DNA of 64,000 nt from Felis catus (taxonomy: Eukaryota), in NCBI RefSeq assembly GCF_018350175.1, contig NC_058368.1:79486001-79550000 (forward strand). The letters run 5' to 3'. Below are positions 36,657 through 49,680 of this stretch, in pieces; the stretch's first letter is position 1; the number at the start of each line of letters is the position of its first letter. The position numbers and the translations under genes are program-made. The notes under the pieces are model-generated. The model was not told the DNA's origin, made no database searches, and was given only the letters and a program-made list of their open reading frames with translations.

Positions 36657-37279
36657 AAAACGGAGCTCATTTTAGAGAAAACCTGCTCTTTGCGGTTCTG
36701 CTTGGATCATCCCTAAACCAGAAAAGGGTAATTTTCCTGTGTCCATTCTCACTAACTCCTAAATATATCATGTTATTGGCTAACTTTGAACCTCAAACAT
36801 CTTTCTTTAAAGATGTAGAAACCAAAGGGGTTGTGATTTTTTGGCAATTTTGGCTCAAGCTAAATAATAGCGGACGGTGTGGAATATAAAAAGACCCACA
36901 AGGATGCAAAATCCTCTGTTCTCATTCAAATAAAATTCTAAGAAATTTTAACTGCTGGGCAGTCCCATCAGAATCTCGAAGCAATTCAACAGGCACACTA
37001 AATAGAGTGCTTCCAATTTGTCTATGTTTCCTATGTCTCAAATGTCTGTGTTTAAACAAACGATAGATATAAACACTGATGTGAAAATATCACTGTGCGG
37101 GAAAAGAAAACGCAGAGGGGCGGTGGAAGAGACGTGTTGAGAAGTGCCCACGTGAGCCTCGGGGAAGGTCCGCGCTCACAGTCCAGGGCATAGACAGTTT
37201 GTCCCGAGCCAACTATGGGGGGCAGGTGTCAGTTAGCCCCCATCACTCATCCAGAAATAGAGTCTATAAGCGACAGTCA

Positions 37280-38600
37280 GAGGAAACTTTCCTCCCAAAG
37301 GTAGAGCCCAAACACTGTTTGCTAAAGGAAACAAATTTCCCGGGGAGGTTTTGATGCATAAAAGGTGCAGATCAGACCCAAGCAACCCCAGACCCTCACA
37401 CCAGCGTGGGATTGCTCAGCAGGGACCTCGGGCCGCACCCTCCCGGGGCCTGGGTAGAGCTTTCACATTTTAGGGGGCCTGTGCAGCTAACACGTGCCAA
37501 GAGACACGCCTGCTCCGGGCACTTTACAACTTCACCTTGACAGTGCACTGCGTTCCTTCCCATGCGGCTTATCTTCGAGAAGAGAGATGCCCAGCAGCTC
37601 CTGGAAAACCCAGGTGGGCCAGGAACCGTGGGAAGAGGTACCCGAGACTTTGCGCGGCTCCCGACAGCCACGGGCAGCCTACTACTCATCAGCGGCGTTC
37701 TTCAAGCACAAGGGAGAAACCCCGCCTCCTCCTTTAATGCCTAGACACTAGTTTTACAAAAAGGACGCAAAGAGTTAATAAGCTGCAGCGCCCTGACTGC
37801 TTCCAGAGAGGACCCTTAGGAGGTCTCTTGGCTTAGGGGCGCCGCGGGAAAATCACCGAGCCAGCACAGGAGCCAGGAACCCAGAATCTAGAAAGTGTCT
37901 GTGCCGGGTTATCAGCTCGCAGGGAAAAGCCTCCCCGGTTGGCACTCGGCCCGGGAGGGGCGTGGGAAGGAGGAGGTCCCCAGGATGCCCGCCCCACTCT
38001 TCCTGCTGTCGATGCCTCCCCCACTTTGGCGGGGCCTGTAGTTAGCCATTCAAGGGAGAGGCCTGCTCAGGAAACAGATGTGCGCTGCAGAGGAAACCCG
38101 CAATCAGCGCCCACGTAACCCAACCCAGGCCTTCATTCATAAAAATGAACCAAGCCAGGGGCCACCCGAGACAGAAGGGAGCCGCCAGCGTGGACGATAA
38201 CGGTGATGAGGGCCAGCTAGAACAGCTCCCCCTCAGAGAACACCGGAATAATAATAACAACAATAACCCAGCAGGCTCCTGACAGGCTCCAGAGTTGGCA
38301 CCCGTGACATTAGAACCCGTGCATTAGAAGAAGGAAGTAGGACAGCAGCTAAGAGGAGGAAACAACACTCCCGGAGCAGAAAGGGGCACCGGCGGTTCAA
38401 GTAGGATTGCGTAATCAGCGTGCAATTGAAACGCCACCCTGGCCTTCTACACAACCTTGACCTTGGAACACTGTGCTCCAAGCGGTAGAAGCGAGCGACC
38501 TGGGATTACCTTTCCTCTGGGGTGGTTCAGTCACACACCTTGTGTGGAGAACAGTAAAACTTGCATAATTAGGGCACTGTGTGCCACCGCGGAGGAACGT
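37280..38600. promoter_or_regulatory. candidate cis-regulatory block
   Basis: Repeat-free and CpG-retaining. E2F-like GCGGGAAA (37844-37851), SP/KLF boxes (37957-37965, 37987-37995), C/EBP-like ATTGCGTAAT (38406-38415) and TTGCATAA (38561-38568). Confidence 0.35.
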
Positions 38601-38656
38601 CCATACTGTGGAAGATAAGCAGCCAGAACAATGGATAATTTTATCCTATGGGAACT

Positions 38657-38658
<2 letters not shown>

Positions 38659-38699
<41 letters not shown>
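38659..38699. repeat. (CA)n microsatellite
   Basis: About 20 perfect units. Confidence 0.95.
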
Positions 38700-38703
<4 letters not shown>

Positions 38704-39659
38704 TGGGACACAGAGAGATGACAGACACATAGATAAGTGGGTAAACCTTTATAAGGACTCAGGGCAGACAGGTGGGACCAGGGGAACACCTGACGCCCTT
38801 GGAGGTTTGTCTCTACCAGTAGATAGTCTTTCTCTCTCTCTTTTTGTTAAGAAGCACAGGTTACTTTTGACATTTTTTAAAAATGGAGATAAGGAAATTA
38901 TGGTACCTTCTCTAGAATGAAATCAGCAGGAGGCCCATCGTAGATAATTAATCAGTATTTCTTAAACAAATGAGTGAAGAAAACCGTATTTTCTACCAGC
39001 AGAAGAGTATTCCCATTGGAATGCCTCTCCTGTCTCCTGCAGCACTGATAAATTCAAGTGTCCTGTCTCTTGTAAGTGACATTTACCAAATAGATTTCCC
39101 TAAGAATTCATTCATTTCAGCTAGATTTCAAGATGTAGTATCACGTGGCTGTGAATGGTATCATTTAACTTTTGGCGTCCATATGCTTTGCTTGCTTAAC
39201 GTAGATTTTCCTTTAAAAATCCCCTTCTGAGTACCTTACAAATGGTACCTGACTGTGAAGAAGGGGATCCGAGGCCCAGAAGGTTAGGTGACCGTCTTGG
39301 GGTCCGGGCGGACAGTCAGCTCCGTGCCCTCCCCGCTATGGGCACCTCCCCACCAAGCTCTCCTTCTCGGGCCCACCATTTGCCCGTTCTCTCTTCTTCC
39401 ATAGCCTCGCCCAAGATCTGTCAATGTTGACATTTCACTCCAAAGAATCAGGTTTTGAGTTATTTTATTCACGCTATTTTATCAGGTTTTGTTCATTAAT
39501 TTCTAACGTCTATTTATTACTTTTGTACTCATGCTTCTGTTACGGGTCATGACGCCTGGTTGTTGTCCTCATGGTGGCTGTCTGGGTTCTGAGTGGAGTG
39601 GATAGTTTATTTCCGTTCTTTCTTATTTGAAGATAAAAATCTTTAATACTTATAGTCTC

Positions 39660-39828
39660 GGGGCACCTGGGTGGCTCAGTCAGTTGAGCGTCCGACTTCG
39701 GCTCAGGTCACGATCTCACGGTTCGTGGGTTCAAGCCCTGCATCGGGCTCTGTACTGACAGCTTGGAGCCTGGAGCCTTCTTCGGATTCTGTGTCTCCTC
39801 TCTCTTCCCCTCCCCTGTTCGCAGTCTG

Positions 39829-39866
<38 letters not shown>

Positions 39867-39898
39867 CTTCAAAATAAATAAACATTAAAAAAAAAAAA
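39660..39898 (+). mobile_element. Can-SINE
   Basis: TSD TTA(T/C)AGTCTC at 39650-39659 and 39902-39911. Confidence 0.93.
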
Positions 39899-40427
39899 GA
39901 GTTACAGTCTCTCCTAGCCCAGTCCTGGTTCTGGTGTCCCAAATATTATGGTACGTGACACGTTCACCGTTACCATTTTCTAAACGATCTATCTAGTTTT
40001 AATTTTCTTTGCCACTGAAGAGCTACGTAGGGAGTAGTGCTAATTTCTGTGTTGTTTTTACGCTGAACTTTTGTTATTACTTTAATTCTATTTGTCATTG
40101 TCAGAAAACATATACGGCCTGTGAAAGTTATTGGCCTCTTTTATGAGACACAGACTATGGTCAGTGTGCCTGTACCGTGGACATTTGAAGAGAACATAAT
40201 TTGACACAAATATTGAGTAAATAAAATGTATTAATTACATTATTTAATTTTTCTCCTTAACATTTTTCTACCTAACATATTATTAATGTACCACGAGAGG
40301 GTGCTTTGCCAAGTTCTTATTATATTTCTCGCAGCTTGTATCTGATGTATTTTGAGGCTATATTATTTGGCTCACAAGTATTCCTGGCCATTATATTCTT
40401 GTAATGAATTATACTTTCCTAAATCAA

Positions 40428-40607
40428 TTTTTACTATTTTAACGTTTATTTGTTTATTTTGAGAGAGAGAGAGAGGGAGAGAGAGAATCCCAAGCAGGCT
40501 CTTCAGTGGCAGGACAGAGCCTGACGTGGGGCTTGAACTCACAAACCAGATCAGGACCTGAGCCAGACGCTCAGACGCTTAACCAACTGAGCCACCCAGG
40601 CGCCCCC
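40428..40607 (-). mobile_element. Can-SINE
   Basis: Reverse-complement head CCACCCAGGCGCCCC, body and (GA)n. Confidence 0.9.
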
Positions 40608-42654
40608 AAAACCAAATTTTAAAGTAGCCCACTTTATCCCTTTCTGTTTATTTTTCCTTTTCATCGGATAATGATATTGTTATTTGGGGTTCTTTTCACT
40701 TTTTATTTGTCTTACATTTCTTTGTTCGCCCGTTTATTTGCATTCTTTCTCTGTCACTTTGTTTTAGAACATGCGTGTGTGTAAAATTTAATATGAGAAT
40801 CTTATCTTTTTTTGATAGGTGTTCAATCCCTTTTGTGCCCTTCGTACGTGTGTGGTGAGTGATAATAGTGGGAATCGTTCTGTTCTCTTGTTTTCTCCCT
40901 TTGGTATTCTCCCTTGGTAGGAGCACAGATACGTGGCATTTTTAAAACTCACCCTGTTCTAGCTTAAAGCTCTACCGCCATTCACTTACATGCCTGTCTG
41001 ACAAATACGTGCTCATCCCTGTTGTGTGTGCGAATCGGCCTGGCTGAGGATGGGGGTGAGGGGGGCGGGGCCTCTTGTCACTCACCCCTACCTTCTCTGC
41101 CCCACTGTCTGCAGGCACCAGACCCACCACCCTCCTTCTCTGTGTCGCCAACACCTTGCACAAAACTCCAGGGTCAAATGCACTTTTACCTAGTTTGGAA
41201 TCTGTCGGAAGACGAGAAGCCACGCTTGGGAAAGGTCTTTCTCTCCGTGAAGTTGGGCCTTCAGGCTCCGTGTGTTTCCGTGTGCCCCCATATCCTAGTT
41301 GGCGGGCCTGGAGGGGCTCACCCTCACGTGTGTGAATAAACGTGTTCTCGGCATTATTGCCGACACCCTCCTCCATCCAGGGCAGGTGACTAACCCCCCC
41401 CCAACCCCCGCCACCCAGGCTGGGGAGAAAGGGGGCCATAGGCCAGGAAGCACCAAGCATAAGGTCACATCAGTGTATCTCAAACATACATGCCCTCTTT
41501 TGTAACCGTTGAAGAAGTTCATGGCACTGTGACCTTGTAAAACGGGGGAGGAGGTTGCCTAATCTGGGAGGGAGTGGGAAACAGGTGAGTTCTGAAGGAC
41601 CCACGGTCGGCTGGTCAAAGAGGAAATGAAGAATTTCCAGCAGGGGGACTGGCATGTGCAGACAACGGGGGGCAGCCAGAGCATGGTGGGCTCAGGCAGG
41701 TGAAGGAAGTCTGTGTGGCCGGAGAACAGAGAAGGAGATGACAGGTGAGGGGCACAGGCACCCCAGGCTGCTCCACAGCTCCGGCAGCGCCAGGACCGAA
41801 GGTGCACGCTTTGTGGGAGCACGGAGAGGACAGAGATGGGAGGAGTGCGGGCAGTGGGCAAGACCTGACTACACAGCCCCAGTATGGAGCACACAGAATC
41901 ATCCCATCTCTGGAAGGGTCTGTGCTCTGACCCTGGTAGGCTCACTGATCATCCGAAGAATGAAGAGGGCAAGAAAGGAGAGCCTGGGTCACTGGGGTCC
42001 TCGTAAATGCTCCCCGCCCTGCCCCCCCGGGTCTTCCACACGGCACCACCCCAGCCGGGGAGCTCAACTCTCGAAGACATGGTCAGACCAAAGCGAGCAA
42101 GGTGACAGTATCATCCACAACCACTTCTACTCTGTGGACCTTCCGTGGTTCTCCCCCAGCTCCCCCGTGTCTGAAATGCAGCAGAGAAAATGTGCTCAAA
42201 CACAGTGCAAAACTCTTGGGAGAACATAGCAGAATAGAGAATTCCCAGTTCCACACTTTCCTGGCCTTCTGTCTCCAGACTGTCCCTCAAGGTAGGAAGG
42301 GAAAGGAAGGGAAGGCATTCCAGTGACCACAGCCCCAGGGGCTTCAAGGACCCCAGCCCGCCTTCTCCAGTGGAGAAATTATGGGCAGGGAAGGAAAGTA
42401 AGCTAATCTTATCTCACTTATCCTCACCCTAGAACCCTGAGAGGCACGACTCATGGCGTGTAATGTATTTTCCCACATCTGTGCATTTCTGGTCATCAGA
42501 GAAGTTTAACACGGCAAAGCCTTCCCATGGACTGACCCCCACACGTGTGGTGGGGCAGGTCCATGGCCTCAGTCCCGGGGATCGGATCCCGCCAATTCCC
42601 CGCAGGGCCCACACCCCTGCAAATCTCACCTTGGCTTGTGCACCAGGGTCCCCT

Positions 42655-42707
42655 TAGAGAAAAAGTCAGTAACGATACGAGTTCAAGGCCCTTTTCCGAA
42701 GTTTAAT
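42655..42707 (-). terminator. candidate polyadenylation signal ATTAAA plus downstream U/GU-rich element
   Basis: + strand TTTAAT at 42702-42707. The minus strand then reads ...CTCGTATCGTTACTGACTTTTTCTCT. Confidence 0.4.
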
Positions 42708-43928
42708 TAAAATGCACCAGCAGAAGACATCATGATAAAAAAAAATAATAAGTAGAATTCAAATTCCACCATTGCCTCTGTTTTAAACAAAATAACAACA
42801 CACAGTCTTCGCATATAAATTTTTAGTTCAAAACATCCGATCCCAAGGAAGTCGTTCACAGTAAGTGATTTTTTAGCAAATCAGGACAGTCATCAATAGG
42901 ATGTTAGTTCTGGAGCGAAGTTTTCCACAAGGTGCCCCTATGTCGTTGATGATGTTTTAATCACCGAGGCCTGGACTGGAATGAACACGAAATCAAGGAG
43001 TGTACTGAACCCTGAATGCTGTTAACCAAGCAGAAGGCATTTCAGGGCTCAGAAAACACGTAAGAACTAAGAATGTGTTTTTAATGCCCATGAAAACCAC
43101 AATAGAGAAGGTGGGTCTGAAGGATGATCCTTTAAAGCAGAGGGAGATGCTCGTGAACCGAAACCCAAGACACCCCCTCCTTCCCAGGTCTCCACTGTGC
43201 TGTCGCAGAAGCCGCTCCCCGGGGAAGGGACTTTGTTTTCCTCCAGCTTGCTGACATCATATGATGCAACATGGCGCAGAGCGATAGGCATCTTGTCACA
43301 GGAGAAGGTCAGCCAGGAGGGAGCAGTTCTGCAGCTGGTGATGGAAGTCTCCAGAGACCCCCGGGCAGGGGGAGCAGAGCCGTCACAGAGAGGCAGGGTC
43401 CTTGGGGGAGAGTGGGAAACACGCTGTTTCCGAGCCATTGAAGAAAAGAGTGGAAATAATTGCAGGCAAAACATCAGGACACACATCCCTGGGTGAAAAG
43501 GCTAGTGCTCATCTCAGACCGGCTGTGAGCAGTCCACCTGTGGCAGGCGGAAGCTTCCAGGGCATTCATGGAAAAAGCATCCGCTAAGAGGATCCCAGTG
43601 GTCCTTGGTGGCCCTCTCCAGGCTGGGGGTCCTGGGGGATGGGGCCGGGAGAATCTTCTCCTGCTTCCCTGCTTCCCAAGGAGCAGGGGCAGCCTGGTGA
43701 GAGTCACGCCGAGGCCAGCGGGAGTGACAGTGCGAAGAGACTGTGTCCCTCGGTGCTGGTGCCTCCTCTGGGGGTGGGGGTGGGGGTGCAGGGGACAGGG
43801 GGCGGGTACCAGCTCGCAGCCCCCAGAGAGGTCTTGGTGAGGCTGGAGGGCCCGCCCACGATTCTGCCGGGTCCGGGTCGAGGACGGGTTCTCTGGCTCA
43901 CACACGTGCAGCGCCCATCACATTTTTG
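42685..43928 (-). other. putative terminal exon (short or no CDS, about 1.2-kb 3' UTR) of an unidentified minus-strand transcript
   Basis: Minus-strand acceptor GCTTGCTTGTTTTTCGTCCACAG|C at 43928. The region is repeat-free and becomes AU-rich distally. ATTAAA at 42707-42702 is followed by a U-rich downstream element. Confidence 0.4.
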
Positions 43929-44409
43929 CTGTGGACGAAAAACAAGCAAGCACAGACCATGCAGGTGCACCAGGCACTAAGCTAGGAGCATCCGGGGCAT
44001 CGAAGTGTGTGGACCCACGCATAATGCCCATTTCACGGAAGAGGAGGCTGAGGCCTGGAGTCAGACAGCAGGTGCAGCTGCGAGCTCCCAGGGCACAGGG
44101 CGGGGCCTGGGCGTCTAGGCACCGCTCGCCGTGGCTCTGGGCAGCACGCAGCCGGTCACAGCTACCAGAATCCCTCTCCTTCCTTGGCGGTCACACTCGC
44201 TTTTCCTTTCGTCTCGTTCAGATAATGTACGTTCCAGATGCGTTCAAACTTTGAGGCTCTGTGGGTACCAGTTTAGCCCGAATGAACCAGCTGTGGCTTG
44301 TTTGACGCCCTCCATACAGCACTTCGGAGACGTTGTCTGCCCGTTTGTCTCGTCACTGAACCCAAGAGAACATCCACACTGGGAAGCCTCCTCGCTCACT
44401 GTTCACGTC

Positions 44410-44480
44410 AAAGCCCAAACAAAACAGGATCCGTGATTTGCTCGTTAAAGCCCAAACAAGACAGGATCCGTGATGTGCTC
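44410..44480. repeat. 37-bp tandem duplication (two copies)
   Basis: AAAGCCCAAACAA(A/G)ACAGGATCCGTGAT(T/G)TGCTC at 44410 and 44447. Confidence 0.92.
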
Positions 44481-44614
44481 TGAATGCCTTTCAGGGGCTC
44501 TGAACCCAAAGGTTACCATCATTTGGGTTTTTTTTTTCTTTTTTCAAGATTTGATTTCAGTTGAAGCAGACTTAGTAAAAAATAATAATACTCTTTTTAA
44601 AAATTTTCGGGAAT

Positions 44615-44825
44615 GGGGCGCCTGGGTGGCTCAGTCGGTTAAGCGTCTGACTTCAGCTCAGGTCACGATCTCGCGGTCCATGAGTTCGAGCCCCGCGTCG
44701 GGCTCTGGGCTGATGGCTCAGAACCTGGAGCCTGCTTCCGATTCTGTGTCTCCCTCTCTCTCTGCCCCTCCCCCGTTCATGCTCTGTCTCTCTTTGTCTC
44801 AAAAATAAATAAACGTTAAAAAAAA
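44615..44825 (+). mobile_element. Can-SINE
   Basis: TSD core TTTTCGGGAA at 44604-44613 and 44831-44840. Confidence 0.95.
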
Positions 44826-44959
44826 TTTTTTTTTCGGGAAATTTTTCTCCCCAAAGACCGCAAAAACATCGTGAAACAAATTTGGCGTGCTTACCAAGGA
44901 CATCCAGGTGTTCCCAGAGAGCTAACCATTCGCAACTGTGTGTAATTAGAATGTGCCAC

Positions 44960-45176
44960 GGGGGCGCCTGGGTGGCTCAGTCAGTTAAGCGTCCGACTTT
45001 GGCTCAGGTCACGATCTCGCGGTATGTGAGTTCGAGCCCCGCGTCGGGCTCTGTGCTGACAGCTCAGAGCCTGGAGCTTGTTTCCGATTCTGTGTCTCCC
45101 TCTCTCTCTGACCCTCCCCCATTCATGCTCTGTCTCTCTCTGTCTCAAAAATAAATAAACGTTAAAAAAAAAATTT
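44960..45176 (+). mobile_element. Can-SINE
   Basis: TSD AGAATGTGCCAC at 44948-44959 and 45179-45190. Confidence 0.95.
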
Positions 45177-45515
45177 TTAGAATGTGCCACGGAAAGCCTT
45201 TATCATGACTGATACAGTCATCAGCAAAGGATTCAGTTATGTTTGAAAATTATTCTCCCCTAAGGAAAACCTAAAAATGTAGCTTTTGTAATTTGAAAAT
45301 GGACTCCGGTTGATCGAAGTCCTTCCATGTGAGTGACACCCTGGGTGCCGGAGAGAGGACAGCTCTGTGGTTCTCTTCTGCACACACCTGAGGTGAAACA
45401 ACCCAATGAGGCTGGGCAGAGGCGTCCAATCCTCACCGCCACTCATTCACCGAACTTGTACCCCCGGCCAAGTGTCGCGCTTGTTAGGCGTTTGGGATTC
45501 AAAGATGAAAGGGAG

Positions 45516-45722
45516 GGGGCGCCTGGGGGGGCTCCATTGCTTAAGCGTCCGACTTCAGCTCAGGTCACGATCTCATGGTCCATGGGGTCGAGCCCTGCAT
45601 CGGGCTCTGTGCTGATGGCTCCGAGCCTGGAGCCTGCTTTAGATTCTGTGTCTCCCTCTCTCTCTGCCCCTCCCCCACTCATGCTCTGTCTGTCAAAAAT
45701 GAATAAACATTAAAAAAAAAAA
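45516..45722 (+). mobile_element. Can-SINE
   Basis: TSD AAAGATGAAAGGGAG at 45501-45515 and 45723-45737. Confidence 0.95.
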
Positions 45723-46664
45723 AAAGATGAAAGGGAGAACTTCCTGTCTGCAAGCTTCCTGGTGGGAAGGCGAGGTGAGGAGGAGGAGGGCAGTGGTGGC
45801 CCGGGGAACCCAGAGCTGCTCAGGGAGTCTTCGGAGAGACCTGGTTCCGTACTAAATCAGAAGGGACACTGTGATTGCTGGGAACGCACAGGACAGACGG
45901 GAGTGGCGAGGAGGACCCACAGACAAGGTAAGAAGCATGTTGGCTGTGAGAGAACAGGTGGGAATTGGATGCTCAGAGGGAAGCGGAGGGGACACCTTGG
46001 TGATCCAATGGCCAGGTGACAATAATGATGGTTGTAACTGGAGAGAACGATTTTAGTTGGGAAGAAGTAGGAATGTAACTTGGAATGGCAGATTCGGGTC
46101 AGAGTGTGGTGATTTTCAAGTGTTAGACTCGGTGGTGTATCCTGTAAATAAGGAGGGATAGTGAATGCTTGGGGGAAAAAATATCAACATAAAACAAATA
46201 ATTAAAAGCATACTGTGAGAACTGGAAAGGTCTCCAGAGAATATCCAGCCAGACTCCAGCCCCTTCAAGGCCAGAACGGTGATTTATGTCACCCCCGTGT
46301 CTGGTAGAAGGTAATTGCTCAGTCCAGGTTTAGTTTAAAAATGAAAGGAATAGGCGAGTATGGCCCAGAGTAACGGGTTAAGTGGCTTGTCTAAGGTCAC
46401 CCTGCAGCGACCAGACCCTGGGTTCTCTGATTGTCCCTGACCAGAACCCATTCTCGCCTCATTCATTGTTCAACCTAACCCAGATGTTTTACGCAAAGAT
46501 CGCTATCGGGATACGTGAACTTCCAGAAAGCAGACTCGGTTTCTGTTTACACATGCACGTCTTGCAAATACATGCATTAAGTCCTTAAAGTTTAAAATTA
46601 AAATGTAGCCTAACGCTTTCTGAAGCCATACTTCTGAGACTCATGTTACAAAGGTCTACAGGCT

Positions 46665-46883
46665 GGGGCGCCTGAGTGGCTCAGTCAGTTAAGCATCCGA
46701 CTCTTGGTTTCGGCTCAGGTCCTGATCTCACGGTTTCGTGGGTTCGAGCCCCATGTCAGGCTCTCCGCTGGCAGTGAGGAGCCTGCTTGGGATTCTCTCT
46801 CCCTCTCTCTGCCCCTCCCCCACTCACCCTGTCTCTCTCTCTCTCTTTCTCTCTCTCTCTCAGATAAATAAACTTAAAAAAAA
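46665..46883 (+). mobile_element. Can-SINE, older subfamily
   Basis: TSD core AAAGGTCTACA at 46650-46660 and 46884-46894. Confidence 0.93.
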
Positions 46884-47112
46884 AAAGGTCTACAAACTAC
46901 ATTATTACCTATACAAATAAAGAGAGTATAAAGCACTAATCCTAAAAATACCCTTTCCCCCCCCAACCCACCCCCACTAATTGCTCTCCAAGACAATTAA
47001 TTCATTAATTCTCCACGTTTCCAGGCACTTTGTCGGCTCTAGCCCTGGGCCGAGGGATATATATGAGGCAAGATAGGTCAGGACTGTGTCATCACTGAAG
47101 GTAGGTGATGAT

Positions 47113-47345
47113 GGGGCTCCTGGGTGGCTCAGTTGGTTGAGCGTCCGACTTCAGCTCAGGTCATGATCTCGCGGTCCGTGAATTCGAGCCCCGCGTCGGG
47201 GCTCTGTGCTGACGGCTCAGAGCCTGGAGCCTGTTTCAAATTCTGTGTCTCCTTCTCTCTCTGCCCCTCCCCCGTTCATGCTCTGTCTCTCTCTGTCTCA
47301 AAAATAAATAAACATTAAAAAAAAATTAAAAAAAAAAAAAGAAAG
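47113..47345 (+). mobile_element. Can-SINE
   Basis: TSD core GTAGGTGATGA at 47101-47111 and 47349-47359. Confidence 0.95.
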
Positions 47346-47561
47346 AAAGTAGGTGATGACTCCGTGACTATTCCTTATACCGTGCTCTCTACCTTGGTAA
47401 ATTCTTAAATATTTCCAACTAAAAACTATTTCTTAAGTGACAATGGAAAGATAATATCCCTCCACCAGTGAAGGTGTCCTTCAAGATCAGCTTACCGAGT
47501 AACATTCAGAAGAAAACAATGGGAAGTGAAATCTGGGTGAAAAGGCCACCTTTAGAATTGA

Positions 47562-47580
47562 TTGCTAGCAGATGGCGGCA
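47562..47580 (+). promoter_or_regulatory. CTCF-like motif
   Basis: TTGCTAGCAGATGGCGGCA matches CCASYAGRKGGCRS at 13 of 14 positions, in unique sequence. Confidence 0.5.
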
Positions 47581-49534
47581 GGTGTCCAGGAGCAGGAACC
47601 ACCCGAGGTATTTTGCCAACTGATGACCTTACCCAGGAGCAGGAAGAGACAGCAATACGTTCTACCCTGTGGCACAACTGTCTGCTACACAGATAGCTGT
47701 CTTGTTGCAGGGAGAAAGCCATTTTTTTAACCCAAACCCTAAAACAATACCGTGATTCAGAAAAGATGAAAGGAACGTCCAGAGGCCATCTGCAAACTAA
47801 ACTCGTAGGAAGCAGGCACTAAATTTTACAAATCACGAGTACTGATTTTGCTTTTGCTCAGATACACCCATGGACACAGATGACAGACACCAATTAGCAG
47901 GAGCAGGCTGGGAACGCAGTGCCCTGTGAACGCCCTCGCTCTGTCCGGTGCCTTCCGTAAAGCTGACCCTCTGTGTCTGCACATCTACAGTACACACGTG
48001 CATGTGAATATTCAATACAGGAGACGAGACCACATGACGAGGCAAATTCTCACGCTGCTGGCTGTAGTCCTCGGCCAATCCAAATCAAAAGGAGACAGTC
48101 GTAACTCTCAGGTCTTCCGGAAACTTAGAACTGAGCCTAGCTCCCTAAGTCAGAAGCAAGGTCGTGTGTCTTCGTTTTATCATTCGCTATTTTTGATAGA
48201 TGATATGTAACGTTTTATATGCACTTTCCCAGTTGTATATCCCGTGTCTCGTGTCAGCGTCCCATGGAAGGAACTCCAGAAATGTTTGCTCTTGAGCACA
48301 GAAATCAGTTCTTACAGCTCTCATTAGAGGAGAATAAGTTGGAAATACGGGCCCTTCCTACATACGTATCAACACGCGTTGTGACATATCATATACGTAT
48401 CGTTCATACAGACAAGGGCAGAAAATGACCATAACGAGTAACCCCCTGGCACACACGTGTCGGCGTGCTCAGATCTCAGGAGGGAGGGAACCAGATTCGT
48501 AATTGCATTTTAAATTCAAAGCCCAAAATACATCAGTGTGTCTATGAAAGCGTGAGCTGCAGCGGGTTCGGGGTCCCGGAAATACGAATTATTTCGTTCA
48601 CACGCTGTTAAGATGGCGTTCAGAACTGAACAGGTTTACTGTTTCTGTTCTGGGTGAGATCAGCCCCACTCAGGTACCATCTGTAGCTAAGACACAGGCG
48701 AGAAGAGGAGATGTGCGGCTGAAACGATTGTAACGTGATGCTTGAAAGGGAGGAAACACCACTTCGGAGTCATTGGCTCTCCGGATTTGGAGGGAATTAT
48801 GCGCAGGGGCTCTGGCTAAAAATGGCGCTAAATGGCCTGGAACTCTACCTGCAAGCAAGTTAGAAAATAACAACCGGTCCTCCCTTCTCCTGCTCCTTTA
48901 ACTGAAGCATTTTCTATCTTGGAGGCCGCTTTTGAAAGGCAATACTCCTGGGAGTGGTCACAGCTTAAGTTACCAGCTAACACTTGCCGAGGGAGCAGCA
49001 GACAGCCCGGGAGAGGGAGAAGGGCTCGGCAGAAGTGCCCGGGCCTGGGGGAGAAAGGTTAACCAGGCCACCCATCTGTTGATTCGCTCACCACCAACTT
49101 ATTCACCTACTCCTGACTCATTGTGACGCTCACGACCTTGGGTGCCGCCATCACTGGACCAAGAAGACAAACGTTGGCTCCCCAGTTGGTCCATTACCCA
49201 CTTCAATGCAATCTCTTATCCCATCTTGGCAGCAATTTGAATGAGCGTGGGGGGAGGGGAGGGAAACAAAATTAACCCTAACACCGTTGAGAATTATTGA
49301 CTTTTTGCTTCAAACCCATTTAGACCATCCCTGAAGGGTGTCTGTGCCCTTGAGGTCGGATTTTGACAGAACGGGAAGCTCGTCTTAAGATGAGGGATGC
49401 GGTCAACAGAAATCTGCCCGCTGAAAACTCCTCACGCTTCCAGTGACGCAGCTAAGACCCCCCACAAAACCGCACTGATGCAGGAATAGAGAAATCGGCT
49501 TCTCTTCTGCCTCAGGAGTCTATTTTTTTCTTTT

Positions 49535-49670
49535 TTTATGTAGTTACAAACATATTTTTTTTTTCATGATGACGTGGACTTGTAAGGTCTACTCTCTTAG
49601 CAACTTTCAAACACGCAATGCAGTGACAGGAACCCCAGTCCCCACACTGCATGGCACATCCTCATGTTTC
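49535..49670 (-). mobile_element. L1 (L1MA/carnivore) 3' end fragment
   Basis: TAAGGTCTACTCTCTTAGCAACTTTCAA matches the antisense of the L1MA 3' end. Confidence 0.6.
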
Positions 49671-49680
49671 CAGACTTGTT

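Larger units (their letters stand above)
39415..40900 (-). mobile_element. highly decayed L1M fragment hosting two SINEs
   Basis: T-rich strand-biased sequence with L1-antisense-like words. Boundaries are uncertain. Confidence 0.5.

Noticed and set aside
43704..43970. 'RIVGG' trypsin-like activation motif in a minus-strand ORF
   Set aside because: It is not followed by a serine-protease domain (no H/D/S catalytic motifs). Chance match.
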